From contig JAHILA010000014.1 in assembly GCA_018897295.1 (NCBI GenBank), positions 3,390-67,389 of the forward strand: a stretch of DNA of 64,000 bases, written 5' to 3'. This DNA is from Patescibacteria group bacterium. Its GTDB lineage: Bacteria > Patescibacteriota > Minisyncoccia > RBG-13-40-8-A. Shown here one piece after another: positions 28,284 through 36,803 of the stretch; within the stretch, counting starts at the first letter, position 1, and every line of letters begins with the position of its first letter. A model generated the notes under the pieces. The model worked only from the letters and a program-made list of their open reading frames with translations. It did not search any database and was not told the origin of the DNA. The translations under genes and the position numbers were made by a program.

Positions 28284-28316
28284 AACCCGCCGCAAGCGCG
28301 AAGCGCAAGCAGGCGG
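28284..28316 (+). repeat. Intergenic GC-rich hairpin element related to the in-frame GC-rich elements
   Basis: cccgccgcaagcgcgaagcgcaagcaggcgggcaag. A CCCGCC...GGCGGG stem encloses GCGC-GAA-GCGC, and the 3' end ggcgggcaag is shared with the 31489 and 62401 copies. Confidence 0.5.
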
Positions 28317-28325
28317 GCAAGAAAT

Positions 28326-28862
28326 ATGAAAAAAGTTATTCCATTTTTAGCAATAGCTTTTGTGGTCATCGGAGCAGCGCTGAGATTTGCTCCGCATTTT
28401 CCGAATTTTGCGCCAATTGCGGCAATGGCATTATTCGGCGGAGTTTATCTTAATAAAAAATATGCCTTGATCGTTCCGATAGTTGCGATATTTGTCAGTG
28501 ATTTGTTTATTGGTTTTTACGATGCCAAATTAATGGCAGGGGTATACTTAAGTTTTATTTTGGTTGGTTTAATCGGATTATTTATTAAGAAACATAAAAA
28601 TATAGGCACAATAATCGGCGGAACTGTTTTAGGTTCTGTTTTGTTTTTTCTGATTACCAATTTTGCTGTTTGGGCGTTCTATTCGTGGTATCCGCACACT
28701 TTAAATGGCTTAAGTCAGTGTTTTACAATGGCATTGCCATTTTTCAGAGGTACGTTAATTGGTGATTTGTTCTATGTCGCAATTCTATTTGGAGTTTATG
28801 AAGTGGTTATAGCTTCGGTTAGAAAAAAACATTTATTAGTAGATTCGAATATTAATTTGTAG
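28326..28862 (+). CDS. Integral membrane protein with 5-6 TM helices; possibly a small-substrate transporter component
   Basis: It is polytopic and hydrophobic with a FAPHFPNFAPIAAMALFGG N-terminus. Its function is not recognised. Confidence 0.3.
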   Translation: MKKVIPFLAIAFVVIGAALRFAPHFPNFAPIAAMALFGGVYLNKKYALIVPIVAIFVSDLFIGFYDAKLMAGVYLSFILVGLIGLFIKKHKNIGTIIGGTVLGSVLFFLITNFAVWAFYSWYPHTLNGLSQCFTMALPFFRGTLIGDLFYVAILFGVYEVVIASVRKKHLLVDSNINL

Positions 28863-28884
28863 ATTCGAATAATATATTTATATG
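28838..28884 (-). repeat. Copy E of the recurrent cis-element (left module inverted, fused to the conserved AATAATATATTTAT end)
   Basis: gtagattcgaatattaatttgtagattcgaataatatatttat lies upstream of the 28882 ATG. Confidence 0.75.
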
Positions 28885-29940
28885 AAAATCGTAATTGCAT
28901 CAGGAATATACCCGCCGGATATTGGCGGACCAGCAACATACTCGCAAACTACTGCGCGGGAATTTACTAAACAAGGAATTAATGTCTCTTTGATTTGTTA
29001 TTCGGATAAAAAACAAGAAGATAATGAAAATTTTAAAATTGTCAGAATTTTAAGAAAAAATAAATTATTCAGATATTTATTGTATTTTTGGAACCTTTTG
29101 AAATTAGCCAGAAATTGCGATGTAATTTATGCCCAAGGTCCATTAGCAGCTGGTTTGCCAACAATGTGGGTGAGTAAAATTTTGAGAAAGAAATTTGTGA
29201 TTAAAGTTGTTGGTGATTATGCCTGGGAACAAGGGGTAAATCAATTTGGCGTTAAAGAATTAATTGAAGAATTCCAAAATAAAAAATATAATTCCAGAAT
29301 TGAAAGAATAAGAAGAATTCAGAAAAAAGTTTGTAAAAGCGCGGACAAAATTATTGTCCCGAGCGAGTTTTTAAAGAAAATAGTAAAAGGCTGGGGGATT
29401 AATGAGAATAAAATTAAGGTTATTTATAATGCTTTTTCGGGAATTGAAAATTGGAAATCGGAAATTGAAAATTTGAATTTAGATGGCGATATAATTATTT
29501 CAGCTGGTAGGCCAGAGCCATGGAAAGGATTTGATACTCTAGATGAGATAATGTCGGATTTGCTAAAAGAAAATCCGAAATTCAAATTGGTTATAGCGAC
29601 TAAATTATCTCATAATGAACTAATGGCGTATTTTAAGACAAGTATGATTTTCGTACTGAATTCCGGGTATGAAGGATTTTCGCATATCCTTTTGGAAGCA
29701 ATGGCTTGCGAATTGCCTGTGATTACAACCAATGTTTGTGGGAATCCCGAAATCGTCAGAAACAGTTATAATGGATTATTGGTTGAGTATAATAATAAAG
29801 AGCAAATAAAAAATGCTATTTTAAGATTATGGAAAGATGAAAATTTGCGAAGAAAATTTATTGAGAACGGAAAAAAGACATTAGAGAAATTTAAATTAGA
29901 AATAATACTGGAAGAAACATTAAACGTTTTAAGACCATGA
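28882..29940 (+). CDS. Glycosyltransferase family 4
   Basis: A YEGFSHILLEAMACELPVITTNVCGNPEIV motif is present. Confidence 0.8.
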   Translation: MKIVIASGIYPPDIGGPATYSQTTAREFTKQGINVSLICYSDKKQEDNENFKIVRILRKNKLFRYLLYFWNLLKLARNCDVIYAQGPLAAGLPTMWVSKILRKKFVIKVVGDYAWEQGVNQFGVKELIEEFQNKKYNSRIERIRRIQKKVCKSADKIIVPSEFLKKIVKGWGINENKIKVIYNAFSGIENWKSEIENLNLDGDIIISAGRPEPWKGFDTLDEIMSDLLKENPKFKLVIATKLSHNELMAYFKTSMIFVLNSGYEGFSHILLEAMACELPVITTNVCGNPEIVRNSYNGLLVEYNNKEQIKNAILRLWKDENLRRKFIENGKKTLEKFKLEIILEETLNVLRP

Positions 29941-31373
29941 TAGTTTTAATCCAAATTAATTATTCCAAAGACCATTCCGAAGTTACCTTGCCTTTGGGAA
30001 TTTTATCTGTGGGCAGCGCTCTGAAAAAAGCAGGGTTTGAAGTGAAACTAATTAATATTAACGAGAAAATCATTGATAAGGCAGCTGATAAAATTGTCGG
30101 GATGCATCCGGAATTTGTCGGTATTTCGGTAATGACAGGAATGCAAACCAAACACAGCGCGGAATTAAGTAAAAAAATAAAAGAAAAAAATTCACAGCTT
30201 CCGATTACCTGGGGCGGGATCCATCCGTCTCTTCTGCCTGAACAATGCCTAGAAGAAGATTATATTGATTATGTTGTTATTGGCGAAGGAGAAGTAACAA
30301 TCATAGAATTTGCTAATAAATTGAAAAATGGTGAAAGCTTTGATAATATAGCGGGTCTGGGGCACAAAAAAAACAAGAAAATAGTAATCAACCAGCCACG
30401 GGAATTCATAAAAAATCTGGATGATTACAGGTTGGATTTCAGTTTGGTTGATATTGAAAAATATCTTTTCCGGTTGAAAGGCGCAACGCGGACAATAGCT
30501 TATAAAGCAAGCCGTGGATGCACTTTTAATTGCGCTTTTTGTTATAACAGGGCATTTAATAAAAACAGATGGAGGGTTTGGTCAGTAAATTCAGTTGTTG
30601 AAGACGTCAATTTTTTAAAAAAAGAATACGGAGTTGATGCGATAAAATTTTATGATGATAATTTTTTTATTGATAGTCAAAGAGCATTGGAAATATTGGA
30701 AAAAATTGACATACCAGCGCATACAGAAATCAGAATTGATATGATTACTGATGATTTGGCGAAAAGATTAAAAGAATTAAAAGTCAGCGAACTGCTTATT
30801 GGCATAGAATCGGGCAGCAACAGGATGCTGAAATTAATCAATAAAGGTTATACAGTTGATAAAATAAAAGAAGGTGTAGAGATATTGGCGAAGCATGATC
30901 TTTACGTCACTTATTCTACAATAGTCGGATTACCCACAGAAACAAAAGAAGAATTTAATAAAACTCTTGATTTGATGTCTTGGGTTCACAAAATACATGC
31001 TAGGGCAGGATTTACGCTTGGGGCATATTTGCCCTATCCTGGCTCATTGATGTATAAATTTGCAATAGAACAAGGATTTAATCCGCCGATTAAAACAGAA
31101 GACTGGGGAAGCATCGATAGATTTAGAAAAGATTTTTTATCTCCTTGGGTTGATGCCAAAAAAGTGTGGAGAGTCAGGGAGTATTTCAAATTTTTCAGTT
31201 ATAAAATCGGATTTCTAAACAAATGGGTTGAATATAGAATCAGGAAAAAGTTTTTTAAATTCGCCATTGATATACCAGTTATTGAATATTTTGCCGGGTT
31301 GGCAATCGAGGAAAAAGGGTTAATCGGAAAATTTTTAAGAAAAATCCATTCTTTTGTTAAAAAATTCAAGTAA
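29937..31373 (+). CDS. B12-binding-domain radical SAM enzyme (class B)
   Basis: An N-terminal B12-binding Rossmann region (GISVMTG) is followed by CTFNCAFC (CxxxCxxC). It has an ATGA overlap with the upstream GT. Confidence 0.8.
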   Translation: MIVLIQINYSKDHSEVTLPLGILSVGSALKKAGFEVKLININEKIIDKAADKIVGMHPEFVGISVMTGMQTKHSAELSKKIKEKNSQLPITWGGIHPSLLPEQCLEEDYIDYVVIGEGEVTIIEFANKLKNGESFDNIAGLGHKKNKKIVINQPREFIKNLDDYRLDFSLVDIEKYLFRLKGATRTIAYKASRGCTFNCAFCYNRAFNKNRWRVWSVNSVVEDVNFLKKEYGVDAIKFYDDNFFIDSQRALEILEKIDIPAHTEIRIDMITDDLAKRLKELKVSELLIGIESGSNRMLKLINKGYTVDKIKEGVEILAKHDLYVTYSTIVGLPTETKEEFNKTLDLMSWVHKIHARAGFTLGAYLPYPGSLMYKFAIEQGFNPPIKTEDWGSIDRFRKDFLSPWVDAKKVWRVREYFKFFSYKIGFLNKWVEYRIRKKFFKFAIDIPVIEYFAGLAIEEKGLIGKFLRKIHSFVKKFK

Positions 31374-31374
31374 T

Positions 31375-32535
31375 ATGAAACTTTTAATCATTTCAGGCGA
31401 TACAGCCTTGGCTCAGGGCAAAAAAGGGCCATTTTATTATGTGTTGGAAGAATTGTCTAAATATTGGGAGAGGATTGATATTATCTGTCCCCGCCTTCGC
31501 CAACCTGCCTCGCCGGCAGGCGGGTGCTTCGGCGGGCAAGCAAAACCATGTGTTCAAAAATTTTTTAATAACGTATATGTGCATAGTTCTAATTTGCCTT
31601 TAATCCTTCAGCCGTGGTTTATTTTTAAAAAAGGAGCAGAGATTTATAAAGAGCAGAAATTTGATTTGTTCACAATTCATAGCTATCCTCCTTTTTATAA
31701 TGATATTGGCGGATTGTGGCTTTACAATAAAATAAAAACCCCTTACTTTTTAGAAGTAATGCATATCACTGGTTATCCCAAAGCAGGGAATTTTAAGGAG
31801 TGGTTTTATAAAATTTTAACTAAATATTTTATAAATTTTTTTTCAAAGAGAGCTAAAGCAATTAGAGTGATTAATCAGATACAAACACCAGAATTTTTGA
31901 AAAAAGCAGGGGTTGATGAGAAAAAGATAAAAATTGCACCGGCATTTTATATCGATTTTGAAGTATTTAAACCCAATGCCGCAGAAAAAAAATATGACTT
32001 GGTTTTTTCCGGTCGATTAGCGAAGAATAAAGGTATATTTTTATTACTGAAAGCAGTGAGAAGTCTCAAATCACAGATTCCAAACATCAAGCTTGTAATT
32101 ATTGGAAGTGGGCCGTTGGAGAAAAGGATCAAGAAATATATTATAAAGAATAAATTAGAAAATAATGTGGAATTTGTCGGTTGGTTGCCGACCATAAATG
32201 ATTTGGCGAGAATTTATAATCAATCAAAAATTTTAGTTATGCCGTCATTTAACGAAGGTGGACCGAGAGTAACCTTAGAAGCAATGGCTTGTAAAGTGCC
32301 GGTTATTACAAGCAGAGTCGGGGTGATGCTGGATATAATTAAGCATGGTGAAAATGGAATATTTATCAAATGGAATGCCGAGGATATTGCTGAGAAGATA
32401 ATTTTATTATTAAAGGACGACAATCTAAGGCAGAAGATAGCTGAAAACGGCTGCCAAACAATCCAACGATTTGAAAGAAAAAAAGTAATTGAAAATTATG
32501 CAAAAATATATCAAGCTTTGCTACGTTCTGCCTGA
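31375..32535 (+). CDS. Glycosyltransferase family 4 carrying an in-frame GC-rich element insertion
   Basis: A NEGGPRVTLEAMACKVPVITSRVGVMLDI motif is present. Start is set at ATG 31375 immediately after the upstream stop; the track 31354 start overlaps the upstream gene. Confidence 0.75.
   Translation: MKLLIISGDTALAQGKKGPFYYVLEELSKYWERIDIICPRLRQPASPAGGCFGGQAKPCVQKFFNNVYVHSSNLPLILQPWFIFKKGAEIYKEQKFDLFTIHSYPPFYNDIGGLWLYNKIKTPYFLEVMHITGYPKAGNFKEWFYKILTKYFINFFSKRAKAIRVINQIQTPEFLKKAGVDEKKIKIAPAFYIDFEVFKPNAAEKKYDLVFSGRLAKNKGIFLLLKAVRSLKSQIPNIKLVIIGSGPLEKRIKKYIIKNKLENNVEFVGWLPTINDLARIYNQSKILVMPSFNEGGPRVTLEAMACKVPVITSRVGVMLDIIKHGENGIFIKWNAEDIAEKIILLLKDDNLRQKIAENGCQTIQRFERKKVIENYAKIYQALLRSA
31489..31548 (+). 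repeat. GC-rich palindromic element of about 57 bp, in-frame within the GT4 gene. It is translated as [20 protein letters not shown].
   Basis: ccccgccttcgccaacctgcctcgccggcaggcgggtgcttcggcgggcaagc is about 93 % identical to 62401-62457. Confidence 0.85.
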
Positions 32536-33610
32536 TTATAATTCCAAAACAGACAGCCATTTTTTCCATCTGTATGAATTTTTGGAAAAGGCGTCTAAAA
32601 AACTGGACATATTTTTAATCGTAGAAAGAAGTAGTAGCAACAAAGAAGATATCGGGAGTGTTATGCCGGATATAAAATTTATTTATATCCAAAAATTTAA
32701 GTTTATCCCTTTTCGCTTTATTGAGAGTTTTATTGCTGTTTTAATCGCCAGAATTAAAGGATATAAAAACTTTTATACCCATTATTGTTATATCGGCGGA
32801 ACCAACGCCGCAATTATATCCAGGGTTTTCGGCGGGAAGTCGTATTATTGGAATTGTGCCATGAATTGGTTGTTTAAGAAAAAAGATTCTTCAAAAATAG
32901 GATATGAATTGTGCTTGAAATGGTCTCATTATCTGGTAACCGGCAGCGCGGGGATGAAGAAAGGATATATTGAACATTATCATCTGAGTCCGGAAAGAGT
33001 TAAAGTAATGCCTAATTGGATAAACCTGGAAAGATTTAAACCGGGAAACTTCCAGCCCAAGGCTGGTCCGCCTCGGGCGGAAAAGACTTTATTATTTATT
33101 CATTGGCTTTCAAAAAGGAAGGGCGCGGATATGATTGTGCCGATAGCAAAACATTTATCCCAAATACTAAATACAAAATACAAAATATTGGTTGCAGGCA
33201 ATGGTCCGTATGGAGATGATTTATTGAAAGAAATAGAGGAAAACAAATTAAAAAAAATTATCGAAGTTTTGGGAGCCATTCCTAATGAAAATATAATTAA
33301 GTATTACGAAAAGACGGATATATTTATCATGCCGTCTATGGAAGAAGGATTTCCGAGAGTGTTGTTGGAAGCAATGGCAATGGGCGTTCCTTATATTGCT
33401 TCCGATATCGGAGCAGTCAGGGAAATTTCTTCGGAAATCGCTCAAAGATTTCTAGTCAGGTCAGGAGACGCCGAAATGTTTGCCCATAAAATAGAAAACT
33501 TAATATCGGACGAAAGGGTATACGAAGATTTCAGAAAAGAAGAATTGCAAAAAATCAAGGAATATTCAATAGATAAAGTGATTGATATATTTGTAAAATT
33601 ATTTAAATGA
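32489..33610 (+). CDS. Glycosyltransferase family 4
   Basis: An EEGFPRVLLEAMAMGVPYIASDIGAVREI motif is present. The start is either 32489 or 32498, and the gene overlaps the upstream gene. Confidence 0.75.
   Translation: MKIMQKYIKLCYVLPDYNSKTDSHFFHLYEFLEKASKKLDIFLIVERSSSNKEDIGSVMPDIKFIYIQKFKFIPFRFIESFIAVLIARIKGYKNFYTHYCYIGGTNAAIISRVFGGKSYYWNCAMNWLFKKKDSSKIGYELCLKWSHYLVTGSAGMKKGYIEHYHLSPERVKVMPNWINLERFKPGNFQPKAGPPRAEKTLLFIHWLSKRKGADMIVPIAKHLSQILNTKYKILVAGNGPYGDDLLKEIEENKLKKIIEVLGAIPNENIIKYYEKTDIFIMPSMEEGFPRVLLEAMAMGVPYIASDIGAVREISSEIAQRFLVRSGDAEMFAHKIENLISDERVYEDFRKEELQKIKEYSIDKVIDIFVKLFK
33051..33081 (+). repeat. Possible degenerate GC-rich element copy in the GT4 gene
   Basis: cccaaggctggtccgcctcgggcgg compares with ccaacctgcctcgccggcaggcggg. 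Confidence 0.3.
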
Positions 33611-35031
33611 AATTAATTCTTACAACTAGTCCTAGAGCAGAAGGCGACTTGGAAAGAAAGGGTCTGCCGTTTTTGGGCATTGGTTATATTGCCGGCTATA
33701 TGGAAAAATTCAGCCATCATCAGGTTGAGATTTTTGATGCTCATACTTATGGTTTGACCGCGTCTGAAGCAGCTGGGAAAATACTGGCTAAAAATCCGGA
33801 TGTTGTTGGTATACATTCTATTACCGACAACAGATTTAAGGCGATTGCTTTGGCGAAGGGACTAAAAAAGGAAAATAAAAATGTAATTGTTTTAATGGGT
33901 GGCCCGCATTTTTCTTTGACAGCGAAAAATGCTTTGGAATTGGTTCCAGAAATAGATTATATTATCAGAGGCGAGGGTGAAAAAGCAATTGTTCAATTAT
34001 TAGATGTTTTGGAAAATAAAGGGGACATTTCAAAAGTTTCAGGATTGGCTTATAGAGATAAAAATGGCCAGATTATAGAAAAACCATTAACTGATTTGAT
34101 AATGAACTTAGATGAGCTTCCAATGCCCGCTTGGCACCTATTTGACCTTAAAGAGTATAACAAGCCCATAGATGGCACAAACGTTCGTTCTGTAGGCGTT
34201 TTAAGCGCCAGGGGATGCCCAAATGTATGCGTCTACTGCGCTAACGCCAGATCAGTACTGAGATTAAGAAGTCCGAAAAATTTCATTGACGAGGTTGAGT
34301 ATTTGCATAAGACATACGGCTATCACGGTTTTGATTTTTGGGACGACACTTTAACCATGGTGAAAAGCCACGTTACGGCTGTTTGTGAAGAAATTATCAA
34401 AAGGAAACTGGATATAATTTGGTATGCCCGGGCAAGGGTTAATACCGTAGACAAAGAATTACTGCAATTAATGGGAAAAGCAGGATGCATCAGAATCAGT
34501 TTTGGTGTTGAATCTGGGAGTCCGAGAATCATAAAAATTATTAAGAAAAACATCACCGTTGAACAAGTGTTGAATGCCGTGCGATGGTCATCGGAAGTCG
34601 GCATGGTAGTGGTTACCAATTTTATGGTTAATTTGCCGGAAGAAACATTAGATGATTTAAAACAAACAATAGGCCTGATGAAAGAATTGAGCAAGATTAA
34701 AAATTCTTATCCCGCTTACGGCTTCACGGTTATTTATCCAGGCACGGAGCTGGAATTGATGGCAAAAGAACGAGGATTGATGCCGAAAGATTTTTCCTGG
34801 AACAGCCCGTACCAGTCGCCAAAATATAAAGTTGCCGGAACCGATCCATCTTTGTTTTATATGGAATGGCCTGGTGCTGAATTGGAGAAAATAAAAGCAA
34901 TTATGGTAAGAGGCTTGGGAATTAAGGGCAATGTTTTTAAAAAAGGATTTAATAAGCTAAGAAAAATAAAATCATTCGGCGAATTGAAAGAATTGGTTAA
35001 AACGGGAATTGATTATTTTTTTAAATTTTAA
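33607..35031 (+). CDS. B12-binding-domain radical SAM enzyme
   Basis: It has a B12-binding N-domain and CPNVCVYC. It is paralogous to the 29937, 36784, 39804, 46357 and 47746 genes. Confidence 0.8.
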   Translation: MKLILTTSPRAEGDLERKGLPFLGIGYIAGYMEKFSHHQVEIFDAHTYGLTASEAAGKILAKNPDVVGIHSITDNRFKAIALAKGLKKENKNVIVLMGGPHFSLTAKNALELVPEIDYIIRGEGEKAIVQLLDVLENKGDISKVSGLAYRDKNGQIIEKPLTDLIMNLDELPMPAWHLFDLKEYNKPIDGTNVRSVGVLSARGCPNVCVYCANARSVLRLRSPKNFIDEVEYLHKTYGYHGFDFWDDTLTMVKSHVTAVCEEIIKRKLDIIWYARARVNTVDKELLQLMGKAGCIRISFGVESGSPRIIKIIKKNITVEQVLNAVRWSSEVGMVVVTNFMVNLPEETLDDLKQTIGLMKELSKIKNSYPAYGFTVIYPGTELELMAKERGLMPKDFSWNSPYQSPKYKVAGTDPSLFYMEWPGAELEKIKAIMVRGLGIKGNVFKKGFNKLRKIKSFGELKELVKTGIDYFFKF

Positions 35032-35037
35032 ATAAAA

Positions 35038-35682
35038 ATGTCCAAAGAAACTCTTAATAAAATTTATCACTATCATCACACAGCCGAAAAACGAGAAGAT
35101 TTCGTTTCTTTTGGAATAATTAAAGGAAAGTTATTTTCCGAATGGATTGGTCGAGAGAAAAAGGTTTTGGATTTGGGTTGTAGAGATGGTGCTTTAACAA
35201 AATATTTTATTAAAGGAAACGAGGTTTTGGGCGTAGACGTGGATTGCGAAGCTTTAAAAAGATGCGAAGAGAAACTTAATATAAGAACAAAATGGCTTGA
35301 TTTAAATGATGATTGTGATTTATCCAAAGAGTTTGATGTTGTAGTGGCCAGTGAGATATTGGAGCATCTCTATTTTCCCGAAAAGGTTTTAGGAAGAATT
35401 AAAAACATTCTTAAAGAAGATGGATTATTTATTGGTTCGGTTCCCAATGCTTTTAGTTTGAAAAATCGTTTTAGGATTCTTTTTGGCAGGAAAAAAGGAA
35501 CACCATTAAACGATCCTGTACATATTAATCATTTTTCTTATAAAGAACTTAAACAAATTTTAAACAAAGAGTTTAAACAGGTTAGAATTTATCCCGTTAT
35601 TCAGAAAAAGTATAGTTGGCTGGCAAAAATTTTTCCATCGTTAATTTCTTATCAATTGATTTTTAAATGCAAAAATAAATGA
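35038..35682 (+). CDS. Class I SAM-dependent methyltransferase
   Basis: Motif I reads VLDLGCRDGALTKYF and a motif II/III pattern follows. Confidence 0.75.
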   Translation: MSKETLNKIYHYHHTAEKREDFVSFGIIKGKLFSEWIGREKKVLDLGCRDGALTKYFIKGNEVLGVDVDCEALKRCEEKLNIRTKWLDLNDDCDLSKEFDVVVASEILEHLYFPEKVLGRIKNILKEDGLFIGSVPNAFSLKNRFRILFGRKKGTPLNDPVHINHFSYKELKQILNKEFKQVRIYPVIQKKYSWLAKIFPSLISYQLIFKCKNK

Positions 35683-36803
35683 AGCTAATCTATTTAACAT
35701 CTAATCAATTTCCTTCACAAATGGCCAATAGTCAGCAGATTTTAAATACTTCAAGAGGGTTTTATAAGTTATTAAATAAAGATTTTTTGTTGATTATTGC
35801 TAATGCTTTTGAGTCGTTAAAAGGCGTTAATTATAAAGAAGTGGGCTTTAATAAAAAAGGACTGAGAACTTTTTATTATTTTTTTTGGACGTTTAAATTC
35901 TTTTTTAAAAATATTAACAAAAAAGATTATAATATTGTTTATTGTAGGGATTCAAACTTGCTTTTAATATTGAGCCTTTTGAAAAATCTTTTCCATTATA
36001 AAATAGCTTTAGAGTATCATAGATTTGAAAAGACATCAAAAGAAAAATTTATTATAAAACATGTTGATTATTTTATTGTTATTACGAATTATTTTAAGGA
36101 CTTGCTTATAAAAAAATTTAATGTTTCTAAGGATAAAATTATTGTTGTGCCCGATGCAGTTGATTTAAAGGCATTTGAGGCAATTGATATTTCTACACAA
36201 TCCATCCGCCACAAATTAAATTTACCCCTCGATAAAAATCTAATTGGTTTTATTGGCAGGTTTAAAACAAAAGGCCAGGAAAAAGGCATAAAAACAATGA
36301 TAGAATCGCTTCGATTTTTAGACGATTTAGACATAAGTATGTGTTTTGTTGGAGGAACAGAAGACGAAATAGAAGAATATAAAACAATGGCTGATAAATA
36401 TAATTTTGGACATAAGTGCATTTTTATAAAATATCAATTGACAGAAATGGTTCCGTTTTATGCGAAGGCTATGGATATTCTTACTATGCCATTTCCTTGG
36501 ATAGAGCATTATGCTTATTATATTTCACCAATGAAAATGTTTGAATATATGGCCGCCGGGAAACCAATTGTGGCTTCAGATTTACCGTCAATTAGAGAAA
36601 TTCTCAACAATAATAACGCAATCTTAATAGCGCCAAATAACCCCAAAATGCTGGCAGAGGGAATTAAAACCATTTTGAATGATTCATTTTTAGCAGAAAA
36701 GATTTTAAGCCGGGCGTCAGAGGATGTTAAAAAATACACATGGGATAAACGGGCCGAGAGAATAATAGATTTTTTAAAAAAAGATGAAAATATTATTAAT
36801 TAA
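35679..36803 (+). CDS. Glycosyltransferase (GT4-like, GT-B fold)
   Basis: A C-terminal FEYMAAGKPIVASDLPSIREIL motif is present. Confidence 0.65.
   Translation: MKLIYLTSNQFPSQMANSQQILNTSRGFYKLLNKDFLLIIANAFESLKGVNYKEVGFNKKGLRTFYYFFWTFKFFFKNINKKDYNIVYCRDSNLLLILSLLKNLFHYKIALEYHRFEKTSKEKFIIKHVDYFIVITNYFKDLLIKKFNVSKDKIIVVPDAVDLKAFEAIDISTQSIRHKLNLPLDKNLIGFIGRFKTKGQEKGIKTMIESLRFLDDLDISMCFVGGTEDEIEEYKTMADKYNFGHKCIFIKYQLTEMVPFYAKAMDILTMPFPWIEHYAYYISPMKMFEYMAAGKPIVASDLPSIREILNNNNAILIAPNNPKMLAEGIKTILNDSFLAEKILSRASEDVKKYTWDKRAERIIDFLKKDENIIN

Noticed and set aside
21011-28884. The recurrent element of about 85 bp as an insertion sequence or transposon
   Set aside because: It has no coding capacity. It always abuts start codons and is built from phased direct repeats. 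It is better explained as a regulatory promoter cassette, possibly MITE-like, than as an autonomous IS.
31489-31548. The GC-rich in-frame insertions as mini-inteins or homing elements
   Set aside because: They are only 19 codons long and lack the intein N- and C-terminal splicing motifs (Cys/Ser...His-Asn). The conservation is at nucleotide level and phase-independent.
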